Shown here piece by piece: positions 22,006 through 33,830 of a stretch of DNA of 44,702 bases (position 1 is its first letter; each line of letters starts with the position of its first letter). The notes beneath the pieces are model-generated. The model made no database searches. It was given only the letters and a program-made list of their open reading frames with translations, and was not told the DNA's origin. The translations under genes were made by a program, and so were the position numbers. The stretch is from Octopus bimaculoides (taxonomy: Eukaryota): the NCBI RefSeq assembly GCF_001194135.2, contig NC_068982.1:26635554-26680255 (forward strand). Reading direction: 5' to 3'.

Positions 22006-25000
22006 GGAAGCGGTTGGAATCTCCCTATGCTCTGATTGATGATACATCTAGTGATGGTGTCACAATAAAAATTGCGCAACCTGATAATTGCTACTTCATA
22101 TGAATGACAATGAAGAAAAATATTGTGGTAATTAAACTGAAGCCCCTGATGGTGACAGTGTTACTCCAGCCAGTCGTTATCCAACAAGAGACCAGCACAC
22201 ATAGTGTAGATGGAACAAACAAATCACCGTTGTGGTCATGGAGTGTCACTACCTGAGCAACCCCGTAGACGAAAATGGTGTTCATCTTAGGGGATACCGA
22301 CAACGTATGTATGATCAATGGAGAAAAAGAGGATTGTTTCCACTCACGGAACAGAAAATATGTGATCAAGCTAGAGCAATAAGAAAAAATCTTTGGTTCA
22401 CAGAAGTAGAGCTCGAAGCTATCAAAAGAAGGGTATTGGAAAACAGCAGCTGAGGAAACGATGAAAATATAGTTCCTCCTGATAAAAGTAACCTCATAGC
22501 AGAAAACAGAGGTGAAATCTCTAATAAACCACGGAAGGGAACAGTGATAGCTTGCTCAATGAGAGACATGGTTTGGAAGAAGACAATAAAACTAATGGTG
22601 ACAAGACAGATGGGCAAAAGGCAATCTACGACAGGCTACAGGAGAACGATAGCGACATTATTTGCAACCTTAAGGTTGATCGGTTGAAATTGAACCAAGA
22701 AACGAAAAATGTGAATGAAGGTCTGAAATACATCGGAACAAAAAACATCACATACACATAATTTGATCAAGGTAGCAAGTGTTGTTGTAGCAGAAAATGT
22801 TGATGTCAAGAAAAAAATATATAATGGGGATGACAAGACAAAGGATCCATGGTGGAAAAGAAGAATACAGGTAGGATTAGACATGCTCTCGAAAGACATT
22901 TCTGTGTTAGACCGAAAACAAAAGGGAGGACTTAAAAGCGAACAAAAATACAGGACACTGAACAGGAAGTATGACATTGAAAGAACGGGTCTGAAAGTGG
23001 TAATGGAGGAACTGAAACAGCGATTCATTGCAAAGAAAGCAAAGATGGTAGGTTACGACCAAAGATGGTAGGTTACGACCAAAGAATGAAGGGTTACCAA
23101 TAGAATAGTTTTTTCAAAATAGATTAGAAGAGATTCTACAAAGAAATAAATGGAGAGTGTACAGATGAAAAGTTGACACCAGATAACATTGAAAGTCAAA
23201 TGTTTTGGAGTGACATCTGGAGCAAAGACAAGGAACACAAGAAGGATGCTAAAAGGCTGCAAGAACTGAAACAAACAGTAGCCTGTCCACAACAGGCAGA
23301 GCTAGTTATTTCAGTTAAGGAAGTGAAGGAAATCAGCAAAAAAATGGGCAACTGGAAGGCCCCGGGACCAGATGGACTTCAAGGCTACTGGATCAAAAGC
23401 TTTGGTGAATGTCATGCACGAATAGCTGCACAAATCAACACCTTGTTAAATGCCGACCAAGTAACACCAGAGTGGTTGACAATGGATAGGACAGTACTGT
23501 GCTTGAAAACTCTTCGAAAAAGGAAATATGGTAGACAATTACAGGATGAAACCCTGCTTGCCATTTATGTAGAAATTATTGACTGGAATAGACGCAGAGT
23601 CAATGTACAGACATTTGGGAAAAATGGAGTCCTGCCACATGAGCAGAAAGGTTGCAAGCCTAAGTGCAGAGGTACCAAGGATCAACTCCTGGTAGACAAA
23701 ACTGTACTTAGAGACTGAAAGAGGAGGAAATCTAATTTAGCCATTTCATATATCGATTATCGTAAGGCGTACGATATGATCCCACATTCTTGGATTATGG
23801 AATGTATGAACCTATTTGGTATTGCATCAAATGTTGGGCGATTGCTTAGAAAAAATTTGGCGTAGTGGAGGACGGAACCTTTAACATATCGAACAAGTTT
23901 AGGGACAATAGAAATCAGGAGAGGCATCTTCCAAGAGGATTGCCTGTCCCCACCGATCTTTGTACTGTACTTGATACCACTAACACTGATTCTGAGGAAA
24001 GCAAAAGCTTAGGATGTATTCAAAAGCCGCCAACAAAAAGTCAACAATTTGTTATTCATGGATAATCTCAAACTTTATGGTAAAGATGAATCCCAAGTTA
24101 GTTCCCTCGTTGAAACATTGTATACTTTCAGTGCTGATATCAGAATGGAGTTCGAACTGAAGGAGTGTGGTGTGACAGACTTGAAGTGAGGCAAAATCAA
24201 ATGTATGGACGGGCTAGCGATACCGTCGGGGGGTGTTATGAAGCAGATAGAAGAGACGGGCTATGAGCAAAAAATGGAGAAATTGATGGAGAAAGAAATG
24301 ACAGAAAAATTTAAGGTGGAGTACTTGCTCAGACTGAGACTGATCCTTAAGTCGAAATTGAAGGACAGAATAAGATTGAAGCTATCGACACCTGGTCAGT
24401 TTCACTCCTTAGATATAGAGGATATAGAGCAGGGGTAATTGCATGGACAGTAGACGAACTAAACAGCTTAGAGAGAAAGACAAGAAAGTTGCTAACTAGA
24501 TATAAGATACTCCACCCAAAAGGTGACACAGACAGACACTGCATGTACCAAAAAAAAAAAGAGGAGGAAGAGGATTGATTGGATGCAAACACAGCATTAG
24601 AGTAGAAGAAAACAACATAGAATAGTATATTTTTTTAAATGGCATAGAACCACTATTATAGGGAATAAGAAGGTCAGACTTGTGCAAGATGGAAGATTGC
24701 AAAGATAAATTCACAGTACAAGCACTTCAGAATGAATGAAACTGAAAATAGGTGGATAAAGAAAAGAATGCATGGATAATTTCATAGGGATGTTGAGGAT
24801 AAGACAGAGAAAAAAGATGGCTATGGATGACTAAAAGTGATTTAAAACCGGAAACGGAGACTAATCTGTGCTGCCCAAGAGCAAGCACTAAGAACGAATT
24901 ACATCAAATACAGAATAGACAACACATCAGAAAGTGATAAGTGCAGAATCTGTGGGCAAAATGGTGAAACCGTATGGCTTATTACCAGTCAATGTACACC

Positions 25001-25520
25001 ACTAGCCCAGAAAGAATATAAGAGGCGTTACGACAATATAGCAAGGATTGTCCATTGGAGACTTTGCAGCAAATTTGGACTTGACAGAGCAAAAAAGTGG
25101 TACGAACATAAACCCGAAAGCATAATCGAAAATGATAATGCAAAGATCCCATGGGATTTTATGATTCAGTGCGACCATGAGATAGAGAATAGGAAGCCAG
25201 ACATAGTAGTAATTGAGAAACAAAGCAATCGATGCTGGATCATAGATATAGCATGGGAAGTTAAGCAGTTGTGATCGATGAAAAAGGAGGTGGTTGTAGC
25301 AATAATTGTCGGAGCCCTAGGAACAGTGAGTAAAAATCTTGAGAAGTACATGGAACAAATAGGGGCTGCAATAAGGGCGGAGTACTTGTAGAAAACAGCA
25401 CTACTTGGAACCGCTCGAATACTCTGGATGGTGCTCGAATAATAAGGGGTGTTACCTTAATTAACTGGTAATGAACATCTGACACCGTAGTACATCTCTG
25501 GCATTAGAAGCTGTGCAAAG
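22004..25520 (+). mobile_element. Near full-length (~3.5 kb) decayed R4/Dong-clade RLE retrotransposon
   Basis: N-term VMECHYLSNP..RGYRQRMYDQW..EQKICDQARAI; RT WKAPGPDG, QKGC, KDQLLVDK, IDYRKAYDMIPHSW, LSP; CCHC and RLE (KPDIVVI, DIAW); many stops; 20-bp tandem duplication at 23041-23085; AAT repeats on both sides. Confidence 0.93.
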
Positions 25521-25541
25521 ATAATAAATGATAATAATAAT

Positions 25542-25575
25542 GGCTTCAAATTTTGGCACAAGGCCAGCAATTTCT
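25542..25575 (-). mobile_element. 3' tail fragment of the octopus-type SINE
   Basis: Reverse complement AAATTGCTGGCCTTGTGCCAAAATTTGAAGCC-ATTATTATTAT matches the tails of the SINEs at 35818-36231. Confidence 0.7.
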
Positions 25576-27689
25576 TATGGGACTCTCTATTTCTGAAAAA
25601 AGCTGGCACACTTCGGTGCGCAAAATGTGTCAAGTGTTTGACCTCTGAGAAACGCTTTTTCTTCTCCGTTTATAACAGAAACGATAGGCGAATGCATGCA
25701 GTTTTTGTTCTTGACGGCGTGATATAGTTAACATGAGTAGCTTTTTCTATGTACATGTTAATATTTTGTGTTTCAGGTTTTTGTTTTCTCTGAACGAAAT
25801 GTATTATTTTGTAAATTTTCAGTTTTCTTATCGGAGGCGAGCTATAAAACGTTCATTGCCATTTCTTTTGTAATTAATATAACACGAGCCGTAATGTTTC
25901 TTTTTTCACCCCTTGTAAGGGAAGAATCCAAGCTGTANNNNNNNNNNTGTGTGTGTGTGTGTGTGTGCGTGTGCGTGTGTGTGAGTTTTCCCGTCTTTGC
26001 ATTTGTGCTCGTCTCCCGACCGCATGAATATTGATGTTGATTTGTTCCACTTTTTTTTTTGTTTGCGCATTCAGTTGTACGTACATACATATGCATGTGT
26101 GTATGTGTGTTTGTATACATAACTATGTGCATATACATATGATATGTGCACGTGCGCACACACACACTCACATACACATAAACCTGCATACATACATACA
26201 TGCATATATATATATATANNNNNNNNNNNNNNNNNNNNNNNNNNNNNNNNNNNNNNNNNNNNNNNNNNNNNNNNNNNNNNNNNNNNNNNNNNNNNNNNNN
26301 NNNNNNNNNNNNNNNNNNNNNNNNNNNNNNNNNNNNNNNNNNNNNNNNNNNNNNNNNNNNNNNNNNNNNNNNNNNNNNNNNNNNNNNNNNNNNNNNNNNN
26401 NNNNNNNNNNNNNNNNNNNNNNNNNNNNNNNNNNNNNNNNNNNNNNNNNNNNNNNNNNNNNNNNNNNNNNNNNNNNNNNNNNNNNNNNNNNNNNNNNNNN
26501 NNNNNNNNNNNNNNNNNNNNNNNNNNNNNNNNNNNNNNNNNNNNNNNNNNNNNNNNNNNNNNNNNNNNNNNNNNNNNNNNNNNNNNNNNNNNNNNNNNNN
26601 NNNNNNNNNNNNNNNNNNNNNNNATATATATATATATAATCGAGTTCCAGATTATCTTTGCAATTTCGGCTGGTTATACTCGAGAATTTTGTGTCACCAC
26701 TCTTTTTGTTGACAATCTGTGCCTCTTGAGTCTTAAACCATCGGATATTTAAATACATTTTCATTTATAAAACCATGTCAGGAAAAACTTTTCTTAATAT
26801 CTTTTTTAATAATATTCATGTTAGCAATATTATACAAAAACGTTTGTTTTGTGATTGCTTTTAATATTTCCTTTCTGGCTTTCGTAACAATACAAAATAT
26901 GTATGACTTCACGGTTTTTTGGAAACTATTCATTTAGAATCTAACCTAATACGAGGCAGGTTACTCTAAAACCATTTAAAACCATTTTCCTATAAAATTC
27001 CGTTGCTATTTAAACATTTTGTTTTCAAAGCACTCATTCAAAGAGAATTGCAACATCGAAATATATTTTTTTATTCGCTGAACCAGGTCGAAAATGAAAG
27101 AGGTTAGTTTTTACGCAAAAGATATTTTCATTGTGATAATACAAGGCGCCAACGTCTCTGCTCTTTGGTTCAAACCATTCTATTGTGAGATAAAACTTCA
27201 CATTCTATCGGTAAAATGTCACATCGCATTTTGAAGTTACTCTTGTTATTTCTTGTCACAGCAAGGTACATTATTTCATAACTATGTTACCCATTACTTT
27301 ATGTGAATATTTTTCATAATTTGGACTAATTTCCTCTTTTCATTCCTTTGCAATTGACTAAAATTAATGATTGATATTTTTTTTCTCACTTGTTTAGAGA
27401 GAAAAGGCAGTTATTTTGGATAGTTTCTTATGTTAAACCGACGTTCAAACAAACATGCTCTCGAAACACGTCCGCAACATAGGCAAAAGTCCAAACGTTT
27501 TGTACATAAAATACACTACAATAAAAGTAGTGAATGAAATGATAATTCTAAGCTTTTGGTATAAATATCTGTGCTGATTATAAAATTGATACCTTGCTTA
27601 ATATATACACATAAAATTAATCCCTGCTAGAATGAACAAGCGTGACCAACTGAGACTATATTTATTATCCAGCCATTTTCTCTTAATCT

Positions 27690-28330
27690 ACCTCTAGGTC
27701 TCATGCAACTTGCCACGGCTTGAATGTCTTGCGATCCTTCCCTGCAGCATTCTAATCACATGTCGGTAGGATTGAACAGAGTCCTTTCAGTGCGGAAAAG
27801 TAGTGCCTCAATCCGGAGAGGCCCATCGATCATCGAGTTATGTACCCTGTCGAATAACGCTACTTCTGAGACCCGGGACTACGTTTTGGCTGCTTGTATT
27901 CGCGATCGTACTCATTTGGTTACTATGAGCAAGTTTATATGTCTTACCAACCTCTCCTGTGAGAATGCTGAAGCTAACTCATAACTGTACCAGCACCTGC
28001 AATTCTATCATCCAATTCAGGCTTCTGCTTTCCATCACTCATAAGTACGGTTCTGAGGTACTTGCCTTATTGATGTTCAACCCATTTAGTGCATGTCGAG
28101 GTACCTTCTGAGGAAACAAGTAGCATTATGTTGTCTATAAATATCAGTTGACCGACCCTACACCCATAGATTGTAAGATCACTTCTGCAATGTCTGCTCA
28201 TACCAGTTCAGTTCATAAAATTATGAAAAGGAGAGGAGACAATTCGCAACCCTGTCGTTTGCATTCAAGAAAGAGAAGAATAAGAAAGTCGATTACTGAA
28301 CCATCGTCAAAAACGGAGTAGCTTCTTTCA
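27690..28330 (-). mobile_element. Decayed RTE-clade (Expander/Rex3-like) RT fragment
   Basis: KRQGCELSPLLFII, LIFIDN (YADD position), RSRIQAA, FDRV, ..RPRGR across frameshifts. Confidence 0.7.
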
Positions 28331-28599
28331 TGTTCACAAAGGACCGATTAGAATGGATTTCGCTGATGTGTGCATCGGTCCAGGAAAGTTTGCTGAATCG
28401 TTGACCTCAGTTTTAATTCTGTGAATAGGGCAATTAAAGGTCGAGTTCTAACGTCACGCACATACCCATACACTGGTGTCAGAATATTTGGGTCAATGAA
28501 ATACAACGGTCAAAGATATTGACAACGACGTCGATCATTGGATCGTCGTCATCTTTGAGGTATAAACATGTGATGAACACCCAAATTTGCTATGCGTAA

Positions 28600-29260
28600 C
28601 ACGTGGTTGAATGGCTATAGAAGTTTTAATGAACTCCAAAGAGCATAGGACTATTACTGGTGGGTTGAGCCGTCGAGGTACAGAGGATGTCATGAGACTC
28701 ATAGTACAGTACAAGCTTCGTTACTACAAATATGGTAATAAAAATCATTTCAGATCTTTGTTTCAAAGTGGCAATAAGAGAAACTGAGATGTCAGCAAGT
28801 CGCAGAATAGTACTGTTGTTCATTAAGCACTGCCTGTTAAAGTTCCGGAATCACCGAAAGAGAATGACCCACTATAACTTTCAAAAGCTGACCGAGAAGC
28901 CGAAATAATTTTCCCTCGCAATATCCAGCGGTGAAAGTGAGAAAGAGGAGGAGGAACACTGTCCATATCAGCAACGATAGCAGTAGACTACATCTCCTTT
29001 ACGTTCCTGCTTTGCAATCCTAGTCCATTTGGAAACGGCTATGGTTTCCCGCACAGGGTCACTAGTAGGCCACATTTCCGTAGATAGCGAAGAAAGTCAA
29101 TTATGTTGGGCCCTGTAAACCAGAAACTAACTTCATGTTCCACATCTCCCTAGCATAACTTGTAGTACCTTCACCGTCGTCAGGAGACAATTAAAATACC
29201 TTGGTAGCTGGAAAAATTCCAAACCGTCGGAGAGAGTACGAAAGGAAAATTAGGGAAAAA
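28600..29260 (+). mobile_element. Very old non-LTR-type RT remnant, clade unresolved
   Basis: Ordered motif-like pieces in shifting frames: GLSRRGTEDVMRLI, GGTLSISATIAVDYI, LGPVNQK, QLKYLGSW; no recognisable YxDD. Confidence 0.35.
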
Positions 29261-30140
29261 CTTCAACAAAGAACCTAAACTGCGGGAGATTACCAGAGGG
29301 GATGAAGACGAGCGCTTTCTCAAGACGATGATGCTGGCTGTAGACAACGTGAGTTTCACAGTCCTTCGAAAGATGAACAAGTGTCTCTTAAATAGGAGAG
29401 ATTTAATGCGGTGGTTATTATTTTGATGTGTTAATCACAGTATACCAAATATTGAAATACGGTTGAACTTCAGTCAACAGACTTTCAGAAAACAATAACC
29501 CAATTTAATCATATGCTGAAGCGGACATAACGAGAGGATGTCGGTTGTTTCTTGTCTCATCCCACGTAGAATATATTGACAGGAATATTTAGGTGTACCA
29601 GTCACCAGTATAAATGATGATCGGAAGAAAAAGGCGTGGGCGTGATAACTCAACCTAAACCGAAAGCTTCCCATTTTTTTGTGTGGGCGACTCTAAATTT
29701 TATTTCGTGTGTATATACGTTTTAAATAATCTCATACTTTATTTCTTGTGTATTTTCTGTTAAAGAATTTTGTGTGTTATATGTCTATTCTTATACACAT
29801 TATTAAGTGTATTAAGTGTATAACATCCCTAAACTATTCCTTTATCTTTATACATACCTTGTTTGCTTCACCTCTAAGTTTCTGTAAAAATTCCTGCCAG
29901 ACCCAGCGTATCAAGGATCGCTTTGTCAGAATTGTCCATCATTAAGAAAGGAGAGAGTGTTTTCAGGAATATTTTCACTTATTTCTAGCAGGTCTTGAAT
30001 CACAGAGCAATTCTTGCTTTGATGATGGTGCGATTAATGATGTTGGTTATGATGTGGTAATAGTGACAGTTATAATTGTAGCAACAGTACGAGTTGTTGT
30101 AATACTATTGATAGTGCATGTGAAATGGTATAAGCCTTAC

Positions 30141-30505
30141 CATCTCTATCGTCTAATTCATAGTCGTCTTCAACATCGCGAGGACACTGATGAAGTTATC
30201 GGTGTTGTGTTGTTGTTGTTGTTATTGTTACTGGTGTTGGTTGTTGTTGGTGTTGTTTGTTGTTGTTGTGGTGGTGGTGGTGGTGGTGGTGGTGGTGGAA
30301 GGGGAGATGGTGATGGTGATAGTGGTGTTTGTAGTTGTGGTGGTAGTACTAGTGCTTGCAGTAGTGGTGGCATCGCCTGTAGCCTTGCTTTTCGAGCTTG
30401 TTCAGTGTTGTGATGGTGATGATAGTGGTTCGGAATAGTAGACAAGATGGTTACATCGATAGTGATCGTTAGGCGAGCGTGTAATCAAGTTGCTGAGATA
30501 AATAG
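30141..30505 (-). other. Possible spliced 5'-UTR exon ending in ATG, rich in ACC/AAC triplets
   Basis: Polypyrimidine tract ..TTTTTTTTTAATCCCTTATCATTCTTATTCTCAG before 30505 and AGAGATG|GTAAGG at 30141; no frame is open across the whole segment. Confidence 0.25.
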
Positions 30506-31577
30506 CTGAGAATAAGAATGATAAGGGATTAAAAAAAAAATTAGCGGTGATTTGTCCATGCGTATATACGAGTACGTGCGTGTGCGCACACGTGTGTGTG
30601 CGTGTGTGTGTGTGTGTGAGAGAGAGAGAGATATATAGAGGGAGAGAGTGAGTGAATGAGAGAGAACGTGTGAGAAAGAGAGTATGTTTCTGTATATATG
30701 TGTGTGTTAGTGTGTGTAGGTGAATGTTATTGCTATTAGTTGTGTGTTTTATTTATTCGTTGACTCTGATATTAGATATAGCCAGTTTATTTTTTTTTAT
30801 GTTATCTTTACAGGATGTGTCTTAATTTAAATTGGCGTTTAAATCGAATTGCATTCTAATTATTTATTTATTTAGAAATGTTTCCTAATTTCAACAATCA
30901 ATAAGCAAATAAAATAAATATATACTACTTTTCCGACCACAATTAATCAATAAAAAACAAATTGTTAAATATTATTTATTTATCTCATGCACAAATGCAA
31001 TAAAATTTGCCCCTGTTTGATTTTAACTACATTTCTCTTAATTAAAATTATTCATCCATCAATGGGTGACCATACCAATTAACTTTTGTTCCAGAAATGT
31101 TAGTAAATTTTGCTAGGTGAGATGAATCATTTTCTAAACTAAGACCTTCAATGAAATATCAGTAAAATGTTTAGACTCGCGGCCAATGACAGCAAGTCAA
31201 TAATTTGTCTCAGTCTTAACTTATTTTCAATAGTGTTAATTTCATTACACTGTGTTTGCACTTAGCTATTGTGTTTCATGCGTATGGTATGCCTAGATTA
31301 CTTCCTTTAGTCAGTATGTTGTCACAGCAACATAATGACAATTCTTGTAGTTCTCTATAATGATCTGCAATCACTAGATTTGTTGAGCAACGGAAAAACG
31401 CTTAGCTGAGATCTCAAGGGCCACCGTCGTTTAAGGTTAATTATGCATTTGCATGCGTATGTGTAAATCTGGGCAAAATTGTTTGAAGAAGGCTGTTGGT
31501 TATCTATGCATGCTAGTCTTCTCTTTCCTCGTCGTCCATACGTATCCAAGAGTCAGTCCGCCGACAGGACCCGGCAC

Positions 31578-32169
31578 GGATCTTTTTTAAAACGGGGGTC
31601 ACATTTTTCATTAACGAAACACTTTGAAACTTGGAACACTGGTAGAATGTGTCATATAAAACATCTTTTTCTCTTAGTCTTCTTAAAAAAAAAAGAAATC
31701 CATAAGTTATTCCATGTTAAAGTTGTCGTATTTCTGTAATTTCAACCAATCACTGACGTCCATTCAGCCGATATACATTAAGTGCCGACTACATAAACAA
31801 ACGATTCTGAAACAATTAACCCTAACCCTAACCCTAACCCTAACCCTAACCCTACGGTTAGGGTTAGGGTTAGGGTTAAAGCAAATTTAAAATGAAAAAA
31901 GCAAATAAAACGAAGGTATGGAGATTAAATACGCTTTACATCGCTTAATCAGCCAAAGGCGTAAATGTAAACAACTGAATACTTGTCAGTGATTGGTTGA
32001 AATTATCGAAATAAGACAATTTTTTACATGAAATAAATTCGAATACAAAAATATTTTTCTGTTCTATAACACAAAATAGATAAGTATACGAAATTTGAAA
32101 GTCTTTCCGTACCAAAAACACTACGTAAAACATTAATGAAAAATGTGGCCCCCGTTTTAAAATAGATCC
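31578..32169. mobile_element. 592-bp non-autonomous DNA transposon (MITE), possibly Merlin-like
   Basis: 37-bp TIRs (31578-31614, 32133-32169; 35/37 match, start GGATC); exact 8-bp TSD CCCGGCAC at 31570-31577 and 32170-32177; no ORF. Confidence 0.9.
31817..31878. repeat. Interstitial telomere-type inverted repeat (TAACCC)6-TAC-GGTTA(GGGTTA)3
   Basis: Direct reading; lies inside the MITE. Confidence 0.95.
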
Positions 32170-32249
32170 CCCGGCACAGCCTAGCATCAGTGCTACCGCA
32201 GGTGTATTGCAGTTAGAACTCAAGAAGAACGTCTGGCTCCAACCAACCC

Positions 32250-32390
32250 ATCGCCCTGAATTTGAACTTGTTTATCAGCCCTGAAAGGGTGAAAAAGTAA
32301 AAAGTGATGGTGGCAGAATTTGAACTCAAAGAGTGGGAACAAATATCGTGAAGATTTCTGACCGTCGCTATACAACTCAGTCACTTCGCC
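32250..32390 (-). mobile_element. Diverged tRNA-derived SINE
   Basis: CCCTGAAAGGGTGAAAAAG..GGCAGAATTTGAACTCA..TCGCC, homologous to 8509-8697. Confidence 0.6.
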
Positions 32391-32456
32391 CTCTTTGAGA
32401 CCTAACAATAGAATAATATGACGAGAATTGTCACCATGCTACAGTAGAGGAATATT

Positions 32457-32660
32457 GGTTTCAAAATTTGACATAAAGCCTGCAATAACGGAGTAGGTGG
32501 CTTGTTGATTACATTGACCTCACTGCTTAATTGGTACTCATTTTATCGACCTCGAAAGGATGAAAAACACAGTCGACCTCAAAACGTTACTCAGAACGTA
32601 AAGACGGACGAAATACCGCTTAGCATTTTTCCCAGCGCGGTAACGATTCTGCCAGCTCGC
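32457..32660 (-). mobile_element. tRNA-derived SINE
   Basis: TTTATCGACCTCGAAAGGATGAAA..ACTCAGAACGTAAAG..AACGATTCTGCCAGCTCGC. Confidence 0.85.
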
Positions 32661-32676
32661 AGCTTTAAAGTAATAT

Positions 32677-32878
32677 TGTTTTCAAAATGTGGTTCAAAGT
32701 CAGCAATTTTAGTGGAAGAGATTAATTCGATTAGATCGATTCTAGTGCCCAAATGGTACTCATGTTATCGACCCCGAAAGGATGAAAGTGAAAGTCGACC
32801 TCGGCAGAATTTAAACTCAGAACGTAAAGATGGACGAAATACCGAAAGGCATTTTGCCCCGCGTGCCAGCTCGCTGCC
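32677..32878 (-). mobile_element. tRNA-derived SINE, tandem with the previous copy
   Basis: TATCGACCCCGAAAGGATGAAAG..GTCGACCTCGGCAGAATTTAAACTCAGAACGTAAAG..GCCAGCTCGC. Confidence 0.85.
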
Positions 32879-33587
32879 CTAGAATAAAGTAATAGTAGTA
32901 CGCGTGATTATTTTGAAGCGTATAAGATTCTTAGAATTTTTGATTCTTGAGTTTAAAGTCTACATCGGAAATACTAATGGTGCAGCTTTGCGAGAAAACA
33001 TTTGAAAACTATATTTTTTTTTTATTAAACCCTTGTCACATCCACCTTGAGAGCTGTTATATGCTAAGGTAAATATGCAAGCAGTTTTAACAAGACAACG
33101 AAATCAAAGACATTATCTATAACATCATTCAACTGCGGTGCGACTACCTTAGCTAAGATTTAACAAATCTTAATACGTACTACATCTTTATATTCGTAAC
33201 AAAGAAAACTGAATATGAAAATCACAGTCCCTTTGAACGAAGCACAGTAGTTGCCCTATTGGGTTGTGGATCAAATAATTAATATATATTAGTGACATAG
33301 GCATTGCTTTGTCGTTACAGAGTTACCTTCGCAGTCATGCAGTATTGAAAAGAATCTCATTGTATGATATCTTTGGTGTGTGTTATATACTTTAGCCACG
33401 CGTTGAACAATACCTTGTAAATGAAATTTGGTTAACAGAAACGGTATGTAATTTTCTAATTTTCATTCTGATGCAGAAATTTAAGTACTTTTGTGAGAGT
33501 GTTTCAGTTTGTTAAAAGTTTTCATGATAATGAGCGAGATAAGGGATTGAGGTTGTTGAAAAAATTTAATTTTTCGCTAAAATATTT

Positions 33588-33830
33588 TTAACAATATATT
33601 AAGCCTAATTTCTCGGCGTTTAATTCTCTCTCTCTCTCTCTCCCTATCTCTCGCCTTCTCTCTCTCTCTCTCTGTCTCTCTGCTTCTTTCTCTCTTCTCT
33701 TTCTCTCCGCTCTTTCTCTCCGCTCTTTCTCTCTCATGCTTTCTCTTTCTCTCTCTCTATCTGCTGCCATCTGCTCAAAAGTAATAGTTGTTAACCCTTC
33801 CACATCCCTCGCTGCCTTACTGTCTAACTA
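33588..33830 (-). mobile_element. Possible Ty3/Gypsy gag N-terminal coiled-coil remnant, or a plain (GA)n low-complexity tract
   Basis: EGLTTITFEQMAADRERER..RERAERKRREKEAERQ..ELNAEKLGL; the interruptions keep the E/R/A/K/Q frame open. Confidence 0.25.

Noticed and set aside
26640-26770. Possible pogo/Tigger CENP-B HTH remnant (SDG-LRLKRHRLS, minus strand)
   Set aside because: One short motif needing frameshifts, cut by a gap, with no other supporting feature.
29167-29290. Minus-strand branch point, polypyrimidine tract and 39-nt exon (LPRYFNCLLTTVK)
   Set aside because: It overlaps the purine-rich plus-strand RT-like remnant, which explains the pyrimidine tract; the donor is weak.
31817-31878. 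Chromosome end-to-end fusion scar
   Set aside because: A fusion gives (TTAGGG)n then (CCCTAA)n. Here the order is reversed, the array is short, and it sits inside a TIR/TSD-bounded element.
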